This document shows, piece after piece, positions 17,391 through 27,307 of a DNA stretch of 64,000 nucleotides. Origin of the DNA: Escherichia phage vB_EcoM-pEK20; sequence record MZ868638.1, one strand, 5' to 3'. Made by a program: the position numbers and the translations under genes. The notes below the pieces were generated by a model. The model saw only the letters and a list, made by a program, of their open reading frames with translations. It was not told the origin of the DNA and did no database searches. Each line of letters starts with the position of its first letter. Within the stretch, counting starts at the first letter, position 1.

Positions 17391-17570
17391 ATGACCCGTG
17401 AACAAGCTAATAAATTGATGGACCTTATCCGTGACTTACGTGAAGCCGATTCAGATTTGAATGATGTAGCTTATCATGCGGTAAATGATAACGAAGACTT
17501 TTATGAAAATCAGGTTGATGCTTGCCAGAATGCTTTGGTGAATTTTGTTGAAACTTTAATTGGTGAATAA
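17391..17570 (+). CDS. hypothetical small protein (59 aa)
   Basis: ATG ORF not in track (<60 aa); stop overlaps next start. Confidence 0.3.
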   Translation: MTREQANKLMDLIRDLREADSDLNDVAYHAVNDNEDFYENQVDACQNALVNFVETLIGE

Positions 17571-17571
17571 T

Positions 17572-18105
17572 ATGAAAACTGTAATTGAAACAACCGAGTT
17601 GTTTGGTGATTTATGTATCGAAAAACGTGGTTATGTGTATGTTCTGACACAAGAAGATGATGCTGCTACTATTCTTCCTATGGAACTGGACAAGATTTTG
17701 AAACTCAATCCGTCTGGACGTCGTCGAGAGGTAATTAACATTGGTAAAGACCTCCAAGTTCGTTTTTATCCTGGTCTTTACAATGTGGCTAATATCGAAA
17801 CTGAAGACGAATGTTTTTCTATTAATAATTGGAAAACATTCGTCACTAAGGTGAAAGAATTAATGGAATCTGAAACAGCCAAAAAGGCCAAACTTCAATG
17901 GGCTAAATGCCGTAATGCTTTTATTACAAATCAGGACCGCCCTGACTATACAACAGTCCTAGGCGTTAATCCTTCTTATGAAGATGGTGATGTCGTAGTT
18001 ATTCGTCAAATTGATGACCTTCGTCAACATATCGTTACATTAGACAAAGATGAAGCAGTTGCTCTTAAAGCTTATCTTGATTCTATTATCCCGACTTTGA
18101 AATAA
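17572..18105 (+). CDS. hypothetical protein
   Basis: ATG at M5 of listed ORF. Confidence 0.5.
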   Translation: MKTVIETTELFGDLCIEKRGYVYVLTQEDDAATILPMELDKILKLNPSGRRREVINIGKDLQVRFYPGLYNVANIETEDECFSINNWKTFVTKVKELMESETAKKAKLQWAKCRNAFITNQDRPDYTTVLGVNPSYEDGDVVVIRQIDDLRQHIVTLDKDEAVALKAYLDSIIPTLK

Positions 18106-18114
18106 GGAATTATT

Positions 18115-18588
18115 ATGATTATCAATGAAAACTCTTGGCACTTTAAAATTTATGCCGCGTTCAATAGTACATGGAATCGCCCGAAAACGTTGTGTGCTTA
18201 TTTTTGGAAAACGTTAATCCCGGTATTGGCTGTTTCAATTATTGGATTTGCGATTTTAGCAGCAGTCGTAATCATTGGCCAGGAAATTTTAACTAAATTC
18301 TTTGTTTTTAGCAGTCTATGGACATTAGTTCCAGCCTCAATTGGCGTAGGCATTTTAATGGTAGCAGTCATGGCTTTTATTGCTACCGGGTTGGTAATTG
18401 GCCCGTCTTGGCTGTTAGACAAATATAACGACAGAAAATATTATAAAGAAATTGAGCTCATTGCGCAAAACCAAGAACGAATTAAAAATGGACTAGAGCC
18501 TATTGAACGTAAGAAATCATTAATAGGTGAATACCTTAAAGCTCGTAAAGAAAAAATCTGTCCTACTCTTGAATATAAGGCTAAATGA
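18115..18588 (+). CDS. membrane protein
   Basis: multiple hydrophobic segments. Confidence 0.5.
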   Translation: MIINENSWHFKIYAAFNSTWNRPKTLCAYFWKTLIPVLAVSIIGFAILAAVVIIGQEILTKFFVFSSLWTLVPASIGVGILMVAVMAFIATGLVIGPSWLLDKYNDRKYYKEIELIAQNQERIKNGLEPIERKKSLIGEYLKARKEKICPTLEYKAK

Positions 18589-19574
18589 TGAAAACGATTG
18601 TTAAGGCTTACTTTGGTAGCCATCTTTATGGAACGTCTACTCCTGAATCTGACATCGATTTTAAAGAAATTTATGTCCCTCATGCTCGTGATATCTTGAC
18701 CGGTAACGTTAAAGAACACATGAGCAAGAACACGAATAACACATCTTCTAAGAACACAAAAGACGACGTGGACCATGAGTTGTATAGTCTCAAATATTTC
18801 TTTAAACTAGCTGCAGATGGCGAAACCGTCGCATTAGATATGCTTCACACTCCACCAAGTTTAGTAGTTAAATCTGATTTGCCTGATGTATGGAAGTATA
18901 TTCAAGATAACAGGTCTCGTTTCTATACCACTAACATGAAATCTTATTTAGGGTATGTCCGTAAGCAAGCTTCTAAATACGGTGTCAAGGGTTCTCGACT
19001 GGCTGTTCTTCGTCAAGCCCTTAAACGTTCTAATGAATGGGGACAATACTTTGATAATGGTGCAGTAATTCGTTTATCACATATGAAGAATGTTCTGCCT
19101 GTAGGTGAATTTGCTTCGTGGATTGAAACTGAAAACGAGAAAACAGGTAAGCAAACATTCTATAATCTGTTAGACCGTAAATTCCAAGACACGTTAACCA
19201 ATAAAGAGTTCAATGCCATCCTGGTTAAACTGGAAGAGAACTATGGTGAACGTGCTCGTAAGGCAGAAGCTAACGAAGGTATTGATTGGAAAGCATTGAG
19301 TCATGCATGTCGTGGTGGACTTCAACTATTAGAAATTTATAAAACCGGCGACCTGGTTTACCCACTTCAGGATGCTCCATTTATTCTCGATGTTAAGCTC
19401 GGTAAACATACGTTTAAAACTGTACAAGAATTCCTAGAAGATATCGTCGACCAAGTTGAACATGCGTCAGAACAAGCTGCCAAGAACGGTATGCAACAAA
19501 AAGTAGATATGAGTTTCTGGGATGATTTCCTTGAACAAGTCTATCTCGAAAATCATAATTCTTACTATAAATAA
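18585..19574 (+). CDS. predicted nucleotidyltransferase (pol-beta-like fold)
   Basis: N-terminal FGSHLYGTSTPESDID fits hG[GS]-x(9-13)-DxD nucleotidyltransferase signature. Confidence 0.45.
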   Translation: MMKTIVKAYFGSHLYGTSTPESDIDFKEIYVPHARDILTGNVKEHMSKNTNNTSSKNTKDDVDHELYSLKYFFKLAADGETVALDMLHTPPSLVVKSDLPDVWKYIQDNRSRFYTTNMKSYLGYVRKQASKYGVKGSRLAVLRQALKRSNEWGQYFDNGAVIRLSHMKNVLPVGEFASWIETENEKTGKQTFYNLLDRKFQDTLTNKEFNAILVKLEENYGERARKAEANEGIDWKALSHACRGGLQLLEIYKTGDLVYPLQDAPFILDVKLGKHTFKTVQEFLEDIVDQVEHASEQAAKNGMQQKVDMSFWDDFLEQVYLENHNSYYK

Positions 19575-19605
19575 GTAGATAAATAACCATTAACTTGAGG
19601 TAAAT

Positions 19606-19872
19606 ATGAAAAAATTAGTAATTGGTTTATTCGCAGTAATGATGGCATTCTCTGTTGGTGCTACCACGGGTGCAGGAGCTGGTGGTAACCAGTCTTCTGG
19701 GCCTTCTAATGGTTCGGTAAATGCATCACATTCTCAGGGTATTGAGAACATTAGATCAAGCTATATTAATAGCACCGCCGGACAAGCAACTGAAGCATGG
19801 TCAAAGGGCCGAGTAGTTACTCGCTCCGTATTCTGTGATATGCCTAATTATGTTGCTAAGTGCGATAAGTAA
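19606..19872 (+). CDS. small secreted Gly/Ser-rich protein
   Basis: signal peptide MKKLVIGLFAVMMAFSVGA. Confidence 0.5.
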   Translation: MKKLVIGLFAVMMAFSVGATTGAGAGGNQSSGPSNGSVNASHSQGIENIRSSYINSTAGQATEAWSKGRVVTRSVFCDMPNYVAKCDK

Positions 19873-19877
19873 ATGTG

Positions 19878-19896
19878 GGGACCTTCGGGTCCCTTT
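19878..19896 (+). terminator. UUCG-tetraloop hairpin terminator
   Basis: gggacc-ttcg-ggtccc then ttt. Confidence 0.5.
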
Positions 19897-19968
19897 AGGG
19901 GGTTAAAATATTTAAAAAAGTGGTGTACATGCTTTTAGGATATGTTATTATAGACCTATCGAAACGAA

Positions 19969-20970
19969 ATGAGTAAATTGGAGAATAAAATGTTCAACGT
20001 TCAAATCAAAAAAGGTATCTATCGTAATAACGAAATCTCTGGTTCTTATGTTGCCACAAAGACCTGGTTCCCGGCAAAGCTTAATCCTGAATGTTCCCAC
20101 TTAGGTGATGGTAAAATTTTCGTTATGATTGATGGTTCTGAACGTGGAGTATGGGTCTTCAAATCAGACATCGTAATGGAAGGAGTTGAGACGTCACCAG
20201 TTGCAGTTGTTGAAAGCACTGAAGATATGAAAACTCGTATCAACAAACGCTTTAAAGTAATGAACATGATGACGAATGGCATTATCGATGGCAAAATTCG
20301 TTCACTCATTATTTCAGGTGCAGCCGGTATTGGTAAGACGTATTCTCTGGATAAAGCACTTAATAATGCTAATGATAACGGTTTCATCAAATACAAAAGC
20401 ATTAATGGTAAAATCTCCGGTATTGGCCTTTACGAACAACTTTGGCTCAACCGTGATGCGGACAGCGTTCTCTTAATCGACGACGTTGACGTATTCTCGG
20501 ATATGGACATCTTGAACCTTCTTAAAGCAGCATTAGATACCGGAGATAAACGCAAAGTTTGCTGGAGCACTGCGTCATCTTATCTCGATGATAAGGGTAT
20601 TGATAAAGAATTTGAGTTTGAAGGTACTATCGTTTTCATTACAAACGTTGATATCGATAAAGAGTTAGAACGCGGTTCGAAACTTGCCCCACACCTTCAA
20701 GCTTTAGTATCTCGTTCAGTGTATCTCGACCTTGGAGTACACTCTAATGAAGAGATTATGGTTCGAGTTGAAGATGTAATATTATCTACTGACATGATGC
20801 AGAAACGTGGTCTGACAGATGCAGAAACGTATAAAGCATTGTCCTGGATGAAGGCTAACGTATCTCGTCTTCGCAATGTATCATTACGTACGGCTCTTTA
20901 CGTAGCAGATTTTATTTCAACTGATAAAGATGGTTGGGAGGAAATCTCTGAAGTAACTTTACTGAAATAA
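19969..20970 (+). CDS. AAA+/P-loop ATPase
   Basis: Walker A SGAAGIGKT, Walker B LLIDDVD. Confidence 0.6.
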   Translation: MSKLENKMFNVQIKKGIYRNNEISGSYVATKTWFPAKLNPECSHLGDGKIFVMIDGSERGVWVFKSDIVMEGVETSPVAVVESTEDMKTRINKRFKVMNMMTNGIIDGKIRSLIISGAAGIGKTYSLDKALNNANDNGFIKYKSINGKISGIGLYEQLWLNRDADSVLLIDDVDVFSDMDILNLLKAALDTGDKRKVCWSTASSYLDDKGIDKEFEFEGTIVFITNVDIDKELERGSKLAPHLQALVSRSVYLDLGVHSNEEIMVRVEDVILSTDMMQKRGLTDAETYKALSWMKANVSRLRNVSLRTALYVADFISTDKDGWEEISEVTLLK

Positions 20971-21108
20971 GCTTATAGGAAGTTCTGAGGTAACAAAAGC
21001 CATAAAGATGAATAATCATATGGCTTACCTCAAAGAAGGACACCAGGAACCTACTGAGGGCATAGAAATATTTAAAAATAATGATGTACAAATCAAAGAG
21101 GATATGTT

Positions 21109-21396
21109 ATGGATTTTATGCAAAAAATTAAAGCCGCAGTAGAACTCTATGCTCATCGTATGGTTAGTTCTACAATGCAATATAGCGAGGAGGTTCGCCA
21201 GGACTCTTCCTTGAAAGGAAAAACTAAAGCCTTAATTACCTTAGATCGTTTGCAAAAGAATGCCATAGAGATGCTCCAGTACGACAAGGCTGTATATAAG
21301 AAAGAACAGGAAGAGAAACTTAAATCTGAAAAATTACAGAAAATTCCGAAATCGGTTTGGTTCAGTGGAAAAAATACCGAAAAAAGTTTCTTTTAG
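21109..21396 (+). CDS. hypothetical protein
   Basis: ATG ORF. Confidence 0.4.
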   Translation: MDFMQKIKAAVELYAHRMVSSTMQYSEEVRQDSSLKGKTKALITLDRLQKNAIEMLQYDKAVYKKEQEEKLKSEKLQKIPKSVWFSGKNTEKSFF

Positions 21397-21398
21397 TT

Positions 21399-21427
21399 GT
21401 TTACAAGGTCTATAGTTATGTTATTAT
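21399..21427 (+). promoter_or_regulatory. early promoter in stem-loop
   Basis: -35 gtttac 21399-21404, -10 tattat 21422-21427; inverted repeat ggtctatag / tatagacc. Confidence 0.6.
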
Positions 21428-21454
21428 AGACCTATCAACTACTGGAGGTAAAAC

Positions 21455-21982
21455 ATGAACGCTAAAGATATTTTCAACCTGGTAAATTATAACGACGGTA
21501 AATTTAAATCTGAAGCACAAAGCAAGTTCTTTAATGACGTTGCTTATGGTAACGAGATTACCGTGGACGGAGGTCAGATTTTCAAATCTCGCTGGAATTG
21601 GATTGCTATCATCGATTCAGTTGGAATTGTGGAAGTCTACAAAAACACTAACAAAAAACGTACATTATTCTGGTCTCGTGAAACTAACGAGCAGTACAAA
21701 AAGGATAAAGCATCTCGTTTATCCAAAGTAACCCAGGAAGATATCGAGTTTATCAAGAAAGATATCGAGATGTACGAAAATTTAATCGCTGAAGACCAGG
21801 CAGTACTCGACAAGTTTGACGAAATTAAAGCTTCTCGTGAAATCCCTGACTTCATGAAAGAAACAGTAAATGAACGATACGCTCTCACTTCAGAACGTAT
21901 TGCAAACTATACAAAACAGAAAGCAGAACGTATTAGTACTCTTCGGAAATTTGAAGAACGTTTAAAGACGGTTCACGCATAA
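21455..21982 (+). CDS. hypothetical protein
   Basis: ATG ORF, SD ggaggt. Confidence 0.5.
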   Translation: MNAKDIFNLVNYNDGKFKSEAQSKFFNDVAYGNEITVDGGQIFKSRWNWIAIIDSVGIVEVYKNTNKKRTLFWSRETNEQYKKDKASRLSKVTQEDIEFIKKDIEMYENLIAEDQAVLDKFDEIKASREIPDFMKETVNERYALTSERIANYTKQKAERISTLRKFEERLKTVHA

Positions 21983-22009
21983 ACGCTTTACCCAAGGACG
22001 GGTTATAAT
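21983..22009 (+). promoter_or_regulatory. middle promoter (MotA-box type)
   Basis: acGCTTTA 21983-21990, 13-nt spacer, tataat 22004-22009. Confidence 0.5.
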
Positions 22010-22044
22010 GGTTTTGAGTTCCAATTCAATCTGAGGAAATAGTT

Positions 22045-23040
22045 ATGAGCATTACATCTGATGCGGTAAAACATGAAATTAACGGTTTATGTGCTTCACA
22101 GATTAAAGTGTGGTTTAAAGACCATAATGATCGCAGAGCACTTAATTATGAGCAAATTGCTATCCAAGTTCATCAATTACTGACTAGTAAATTTGATTTT
22201 CATATGCCGTCTGAAATTTATACTAATCTACCACGAGCGCTTATTAAAGCGTGTAAAGGTTACGGAAAATCAATGGCCGATGGAATCTTCAGCGCGCTGA
22301 ATAAACTTAACGTTCTGTCGATGATTAACTCTAACAACATCCTGCGTAATCTAGGACGTACTGATTTGTTCGGCCGTGAACAGTGTAAAATGCCTTTGAA
22401 ATGGATTGTTGCTCATCTTAACGAGAACCAAACACGTTTTATGGCCGTATCAGCACGCTTACAAATGGGTCTAGATCGTCAGATGAACTTTAAAACTCAT
22501 CCACGTTATTCAGGTTCAACAGACTTTTATAAATGTGAGCTTCAAAAGGTTGCAGGTAAAACTGTCTTAGTAGTTCGTGTAACGTTTGAAGGACGACGTC
22601 AAGGATATTTTGACCTAATCGGCTCTGGACTTAAACATTGTGGATTTATTGACGAAGTTGATATCAAGCGAGACAGCATTGGATACCGTATTGGATATGT
22701 TTGTACTCTTAAAGAAGAGATTTCAGGACCAGCACCAGGACTAAAAGACGTTAGATATAAAGACGAACTCGTTGAAGAAATAAAAGAAGTTGAATATGAT
22801 ATCAACCAAGAAGATGCTCTTAAAGACCTTATTGATGAACTAAACCAAGACGTTATTCCGGTTCAGAAATTTGAATCAAAACATGCTGAGCAAATCAAAT
22901 ACTTTGAAGCTTTGATTAACGAACTTAATGTAACTATTCAACAGACTGATGATGAAATCTCACGATTAGCAGGCTTAAACGGTAAAAATAAAACAGAACG
23001 AGCTAATCTTATCCAGGTAGTAAAACTTCTTAAGGAATGA
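22045..23040 (+). CDS. hypothetical protein with C-terminal coiled coil
   Basis: 331-aa ATG ORF. Confidence 0.5.
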   Translation: MSITSDAVKHEINGLCASQIKVWFKDHNDRRALNYEQIAIQVHQLLTSKFDFHMPSEIYTNLPRALIKACKGYGKSMADGIFSALNKLNVLSMINSNNILRNLGRTDLFGREQCKMPLKWIVAHLNENQTRFMAVSARLQMGLDRQMNFKTHPRYSGSTDFYKCELQKVAGKTVLVVRVTFEGRRQGYFDLIGSGLKHCGFIDEVDIKRDSIGYRIGYVCTLKEEISGPAPGLKDVRYKDELVEEIKEVEYDINQEDALKDLIDELNQDVIPVQKFESKHAEQIKYFEALINELNVTIQQTDDEISRLAGLNGKNKTERANLIQVVKLLKE

Positions 23041-23069
23041 TGTACAACCAAGGATGGTTGGAGTATAAT
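23041..23069 (+). promoter_or_regulatory. early promoter in stem-loop
   Basis: -35 tgtaca, -10 tataat 23064-23069; inverted repeat caacca/tggttg; same cassette as 24036..24065. Confidence 0.5.
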
Positions 23070-23095
23070 AAATTTTTCAACATGAGGAATATAAA

Positions 23096-24031
23096 ATGGC
23101 TTCTATTACACGTAGAGAACTTATCAAAGAATTTACCTCGAACGCATATACCCCAGGACCTAATCCTATCCGTATGCCTGTAAAGACTCCTGAAGAGATT
23201 GAGGAAATCTGTTCATATTATGGGATTAATTCTCGTAAGTTTACTCAATTTGAATGCGTTACTAACACACCCGTTAAAGAGTTCATTAAAAATGGTGAGT
23301 TCAGCCGTTTATTAGCCAAACAGAAACTTCGTAATTTTTGTATTGGCGGTGAAGGACAATATTTCGCTAAGCAGTTCAGGAATAACCTTAACAATCTGAT
23401 GGCCATTGCTTCTCGTATTCGTCCTCAAGCAATTAACATGAAACATTTGAAATATACTTACGATAAGTTAGAAATCATGGTTATCAGTGAGAACGAGTTC
23501 ACTCTTACGTATAAACCTAAGAATGATAACGTTGCTCGTGTATTCCACCAAGCGTTGGAAGTTTTAGGTGATAATATCCACCAGATTAAAGCAATTTATT
23601 CTCGTGAGCTTAATATTATCAACCCTATCAAGAATAAGGGCCATATCGCTATCCAGGCTCGTGTATCTGTTGGTAAAAAGGTTCCTGCGCCATGGTGGCA
23701 CAAAGACTCTGAATACTATCAAAATCTTAAAAAGGAAAATGCAACGTTCGAAGCGTCAATTACTACAACCCCAATTGGCAATGCTGAAGTTCAAGGTGCA
23801 TATTTTACTGCTCCATCTATATACACTTCACCGTCGACTAAACTGGAAATCTCTAACGGTCTTCTTCCTGCCGAAGATTACTATTATAATCAAATCAAAG
23901 CCACTGTGGACCAACTGTCTGTTGAACTTGACAAAGCACAAGCTAAGCTTCGTGATGCTCAACAAGTAGTTACCAAGCTCCAGTTGCAGTACTCTAAACT
24001 TTTTAACGCAATGAATGCATTAAAATCATAA
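23096..24031 (+). CDS. hypothetical protein with C-terminal coiled coil
   Basis: 311-aa ATG ORF. Confidence 0.5.
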   Translation: MASITRRELIKEFTSNAYTPGPNPIRMPVKTPEEIEEICSYYGINSRKFTQFECVTNTPVKEFIKNGEFSRLLAKQKLRNFCIGGEGQYFAKQFRNNLNNLMAIASRIRPQAINMKHLKYTYDKLEIMVISENEFTLTYKPKNDNVARVFHQALEVLGDNIHQIKAIYSRELNIINPIKNKGHIAIQARVSVGKKVPAPWWHKDSEYYQNLKKENATFEASITTTPIGNAEVQGAYFTAPSIYTSPSTKLEISNGLLPAEDYYYNQIKATVDQLSVELDKAQAKLRDAQQVVTKLQLQYSKLFNAMNALKS

Positions 24032-24035
24032 ATCA

Positions 24036-24065
24036 GTTTACAACCAAGGATGGTTGGAGTATAAT
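24036..24065 (+). promoter_or_regulatory. early promoter in stem-loop
   Basis: -35 gtttac 24036-24041, -10 tataat 24060-24065. Confidence 0.6.
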
Positions 24066-24093
24066 CTTTCTATCTTAACGAGAGGAAAATATT

Positions 24094-25038
24094 ATGACAC
24101 GTTCACATTACATTGATTATTTTGCAGGTCTTATCGCTAACGTTCATGCCCAACGTGCTTCTGGTTCATTAGGATTTGATGTTCCACACCGAGTTGTAGT
24201 AAGTGGTATTCTTCGCGATTTTGGTACATACACAGGCCAAGAAAATCATATCTGTAAAGATACTCAGAATGCATATTCTCATTCATTAGGGACACTGCTT
24301 CAATGGTTCAAACGTTCTCGTTTATTATCTTCTACTGTAGCTCGCGATAACATTAAAAACTTTATGAAGCCGAGCTTTATTAAATCTGTGACATCTAAAA
24401 CCGATTTGGTTGAATTCACTATTGTTAATGATGTTAAAAAGACTCATTTGGCTGATTGGTTATCTACCATTCCTGAAACTAAATTTGCTGATAAATTTGC
24501 TTGTGAATTCAATAACCAAGTGAATATGCTTTTTAAACATTCTCGTAAATTATTCACAGGCGGCGATGATCGTACAAATAAAGTTCATGTTAAAGATTGG
24601 GTTACTGCAGTATTCAAACCAACCGGTAATGGTAACGCATCATTATCAATTGATATCCAGGTTCCTTATTACTACTCACGTAATCTCGGTACCATGAAAG
24701 CCGAAGAAATTAATAAGCACAACAAAACCATTCGTTCGCTGTCTTATAAACTTCGCATGATGTTAAGAATCATGGACGTGGTAGAAATGTATGATGAAAC
24801 CGAAGATAATGGTTCAATGTTATACAGTTCTCGCATTCAAATTAAGTTGAAGAACCCTAACGAGTATAAGCCTATTAAAGAGCCTAAAGCAGAAAAAGTT
24901 GATAACTTAAGAGAAGAACGCGAATATCTCAAATCTCGTCTGAAAGAAGTCGAAGCCCAGATTGCAGAACAAACTAAATCGTTAAAAGCTCTGAATGCGA
25001 AAGCGGATGGCTTACGAAATGCCATTGAGGTGTTATAA
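24094..25038 (+). CDS. hypothetical protein with C-terminal coiled coil
   Basis: 314-aa ATG ORF. Confidence 0.5.
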   Translation: MTRSHYIDYFAGLIANVHAQRASGSLGFDVPHRVVVSGILRDFGTYTGQENHICKDTQNAYSHSLGTLLQWFKRSRLLSSTVARDNIKNFMKPSFIKSVTSKTDLVEFTIVNDVKKTHLADWLSTIPETKFADKFACEFNNQVNMLFKHSRKLFTGGDDRTNKVHVKDWVTAVFKPTGNGNASLSIDIQVPYYYSRNLGTMKAEEINKHNKTIRSLSYKLRMMLRIMDVVEMYDETEDNGSMLYSSRIQIKLKNPNEYKPIKEPKAEKVDNLREEREYLKSRLKEVEAQIAEQTKSLKALNAKADGLRNAIEVL

Positions 25039-25343
25039 TGAAACTACGTCTTTTAGAGGATATTGATATGAGCACTAATCATGGCTTGGTTAAGTTTATT
25101 GACGATAGTTCAAAGATTGAATTTGTTCAGCGAGATAAAATCCACGGTGAAGAAGAGTTCGTTCCTCCGGCATGGAACGAAATCATGAAAATGGTTGAAC
25201 GACGTGAAAATGCTGCCAAATCGGCAGCAAAACATCCATGTCCGGAATGTGGAACTATCCAAGTCCAACTGGTTAACTGGACCACTGATAACTTGAAATT
25301 GAAATGCCGTAAATGCTTCCACAAATTTGAGAGAACATTATAA
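25038..25343 (+). CDS. hypothetical protein with C-terminal zinc ribbon
   Basis: CPECG...CRKC motif. Confidence 0.45.
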   Translation: MKLRLLEDIDMSTNHGLVKFIDDSSKIEFVQRDKIHGEEEFVPPAWNEIMKMVERRENAAKSAAKHPCPECGTIQVQLVNWTTDNLKLKCRKCFHKFERTL

Positions 25344-25756
25344 TGAGATATAGCTTTCGTTGTTTTATCGCAGCTTTAGTTTTTGCTATTATTCCATTCA
25401 TTTGGAACAGCCAGAATACTTACATGGAAACTAAAGTAATTCCTGTGGAGGTAGTGGAATTAATCTCAGGCCAATCTACAGGAAAATATTCTAAATTAGA
25501 ATTTATTGCAGTCTATAAAGATGAGCAAGGACGAGTTTTTGACAGGCGTGTATCGCCGTCGTTTTATACGCTTCTGAATAAAGGTGATACGATAGCTATA
25601 GAAATTCGTGAGATGGATATAAAACAAACTACTAAAGATAACTTGATTTGGTTCTTTGGTACAGTGTTGTTGGTTTCTATCTGTATCACAGGTTTTATTA
25701 CATGTATTGTATTTGGCATTGCATATTTAATCGATGAAAGGAAAAATAATGTTTAA
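25343..25756 (+). CDS. membrane protein
   Basis: N- and C-terminal hydrophobic segments. Confidence 0.45.
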   Translation: MRYSFRCFIAALVFAIIPFIWNSQNTYMETKVIPVEVVELISGQSTGKYSKLEFIAVYKDEQGRVFDRRVSPSFYTLLNKGDTIAIEIREMDIKQTTKDNLIWFFGTVLLVSICITGFITCIVFGIAYLIDERKNNV

Positions 25757-26012
25757 AGTGTACGGGTATGACTCTACTATTCATAAATGCATTTATTGCG
25801 ATAATGCGAAACGATTGCTGACTGTTAAGAAACAACCATTCGAATTCATTAATGTTATGCCAGAAAAAGGTGTGTTCGATGATGAGAAAATTGCTGAGCT
25901 TCTGGTTAAGCTTGGTCGTGAATCACAAGTTGGATTGACTATGCCTCAAGTGTTTGCTCCTGATGGAACTTCGATCGGTGGCTTTGACCAACTACGAGAA
26001 TATTTTAAATGA
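25749..26012 (+). CDS. nrdC: glutaredoxin/thioredoxin NrdC
   Basis: MFKVYGYD...CIYCDNAKRLL...MPQVFAPDG matches T4 NrdC. Confidence 0.9.
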   Translation: MFKVYGYDSTIHKCIYCDNAKRLLTVKKQPFEFINVMPEKGVFDDEKIAELLVKLGRESQVGLTMPQVFAPDGTSIGGFDQLREYFK

Positions 26013-26365
26013 CATATTCATTAAATCTTAAAGATTTCCAAGATGTATACGAAGTTTGTGCCAATGAACTTGGTCCTGATGCTCCAACTATTATTGAAGT
26101 TTTAAATGTGCTCCCTTCATCATTAGCTTACGAAGCCAAATCATGGGGTTGGAACGACACTGTCGTTCGTGATGACCTTTACGTCCTGATGAACGATATG
26201 ATGGTTAAAAAGGCAGAACCGGTTGCACCAATGGTTACCATTACCGTTGAAGAATATAATCGCCTGCAAGCCATTGAAGAGCTTCTGTGGAACATTGAAT
26301 GTGACCTGCCATCCGGACTAGAATCCTGGATTGATTATGAAGAGCTCAATAAACTCCGGGGTTAA
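26009..26365 (+). CDS. hypothetical protein
   Basis: ATG overlapping nrdC stop. Confidence 0.45.
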   Translation: MTYSLNLKDFQDVYEVCANELGPDAPTIIEVLNVLPSSLAYEAKSWGWNDTVVRDDLYVLMNDMMVKKAEPVAPMVTITVEEYNRLQAIEELLWNIECDLPSGLESWIDYEELNKLRG

Positions 26366-26493
26366 ACCGTGGTATTCGGCTCGATGGGAGACAGTCGAGC
26401 CAGACGTCGAAACAGTTTACAATGACGAAGAAACGTGTTATGATGAACCTTCAATAAATGAATTAATTGATATGGAAATGGGAAGAGATTATT

Positions 26494-26664
26494 ATGCAAG
26501 TTAAATTATTGTACCGTTTATTAAAAAATGGCAAGCATGATTGGTATTTGCTTATTAAAACCGATCCGAATTTTTTCTCTGGACAACCATTTACAGTTCG
26601 TCCTACTAAACGTCAGCTTCGCAAAGCTAAACGTTCTCATCGTAACTTTTATAGAGAATATTGA
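26494..26664 (+). CDS. small basic protein, RPTKRQ-motif family (copy 1)
   Basis: C-terminus VRPTKRQLRKAKRSHRNFY. Confidence 0.4.
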   Translation: MQVKLLYRLLKNGKHDWYLLIKTDPNFFSGQPFTVRPTKRQLRKAKRSHRNFYREY

Positions 26665-26665
26665 T

Positions 26666-27079
26666 ATGAATATTTCTGAAACTCGCGGTAAATGGTTCAA
26701 GATTGTTAAAGAAGACGAAGAACTCCAAGATAAGTTTCCTGAATTAAAGAAAGATACGATCATCAAGGTAATTGGTACTACTACCGAAGATGGTTATGGC
26801 GACCATGGCATTATCGAAGTGATGTTGAACACAGGTGAGAAACTTTGCATCTATGACCGTGATACTTCTCTTTGGTGCTTCTGGGAATCCCATTCAATAG
26901 ATGAACTCGAAGAAATTGACCAAGTAGTTTGTGATGGTGGACTTGGCGAATTCAAAGGTGAACGTATTTCTTATGCTTTAGCTAAATTAGCCGCCCAAGA
27001 AAATAATGACGGTTATGAAGGTAATCTGATGCAAGCCGCAGCGGAATACATTGAATATTTAGAAAGACGTTTAAGTTAA
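26666..27079 (+). CDS. hypothetical acidic protein
   Basis: ATG at M47 of listed ORF 26528. Confidence 0.45.
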   Translation: MNISETRGKWFKIVKEDEELQDKFPELKKDTIIKVIGTTTEDGYGDHGIIEVMLNTGEKLCIYDRDTSLWCFWESHSIDELEEIDQVVCDGGLGEFKGERISYALAKLAAQENNDGYEGNLMQAAAEYIEYLERRLS

Positions 27080-27088
27080 GGGCTTATT

Positions 27089-27268
27089 ATGAAAACTGCA
27101 TTATTTTTTGGCGAAAGAACAAACGGTCAAAAATCTTGGAAATTTGTTATAATTGGTGCTCCAAACAATCCGAACATGAGGACTTCAATCATTTCGGTAA
27201 CACGTCCTACTAAAAGAATGATTCGCCAATACAAACGTTTTCATCGAGACTTTTATAACGTTTACTAA
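27089..27268 (+). CDS. small basic protein, RPTKRQ-motif family (copy 2)
   Basis: 59-aa ORF not in track; C-terminus TRPTKRMIRQYKRFHRDFY. Confidence 0.35.
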   Translation: MKTALFFGERTNGQKSWKFVIIGAPNNPNMRTSIISVTRPTKRMIRQYKRFHRDFYNVY

Positions 27269-27270
27269 AT

Positions 27271-27278
27271 TATAAATA
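27271..27278 (+). promoter_or_regulatory. late promoter core TATAAATA upstream of gene 49
   Basis: exact TATAAATA 30 nt upstream of 49. Confidence 0.5.
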
Positions 27279-27307
27279 CCCTTATCTATTTAAGGTAAGG
27301 GTTTATC

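Noticed and set aside
23568-23969. Plus-strand alternative-frame ORFs inside larger genes (23568..23969, 2645..2953, 7087..7374, 37379..37636, 40623..40817)
   Set aside because: They lie within longer ORFs that have homology or better start context; likely frame artefacts
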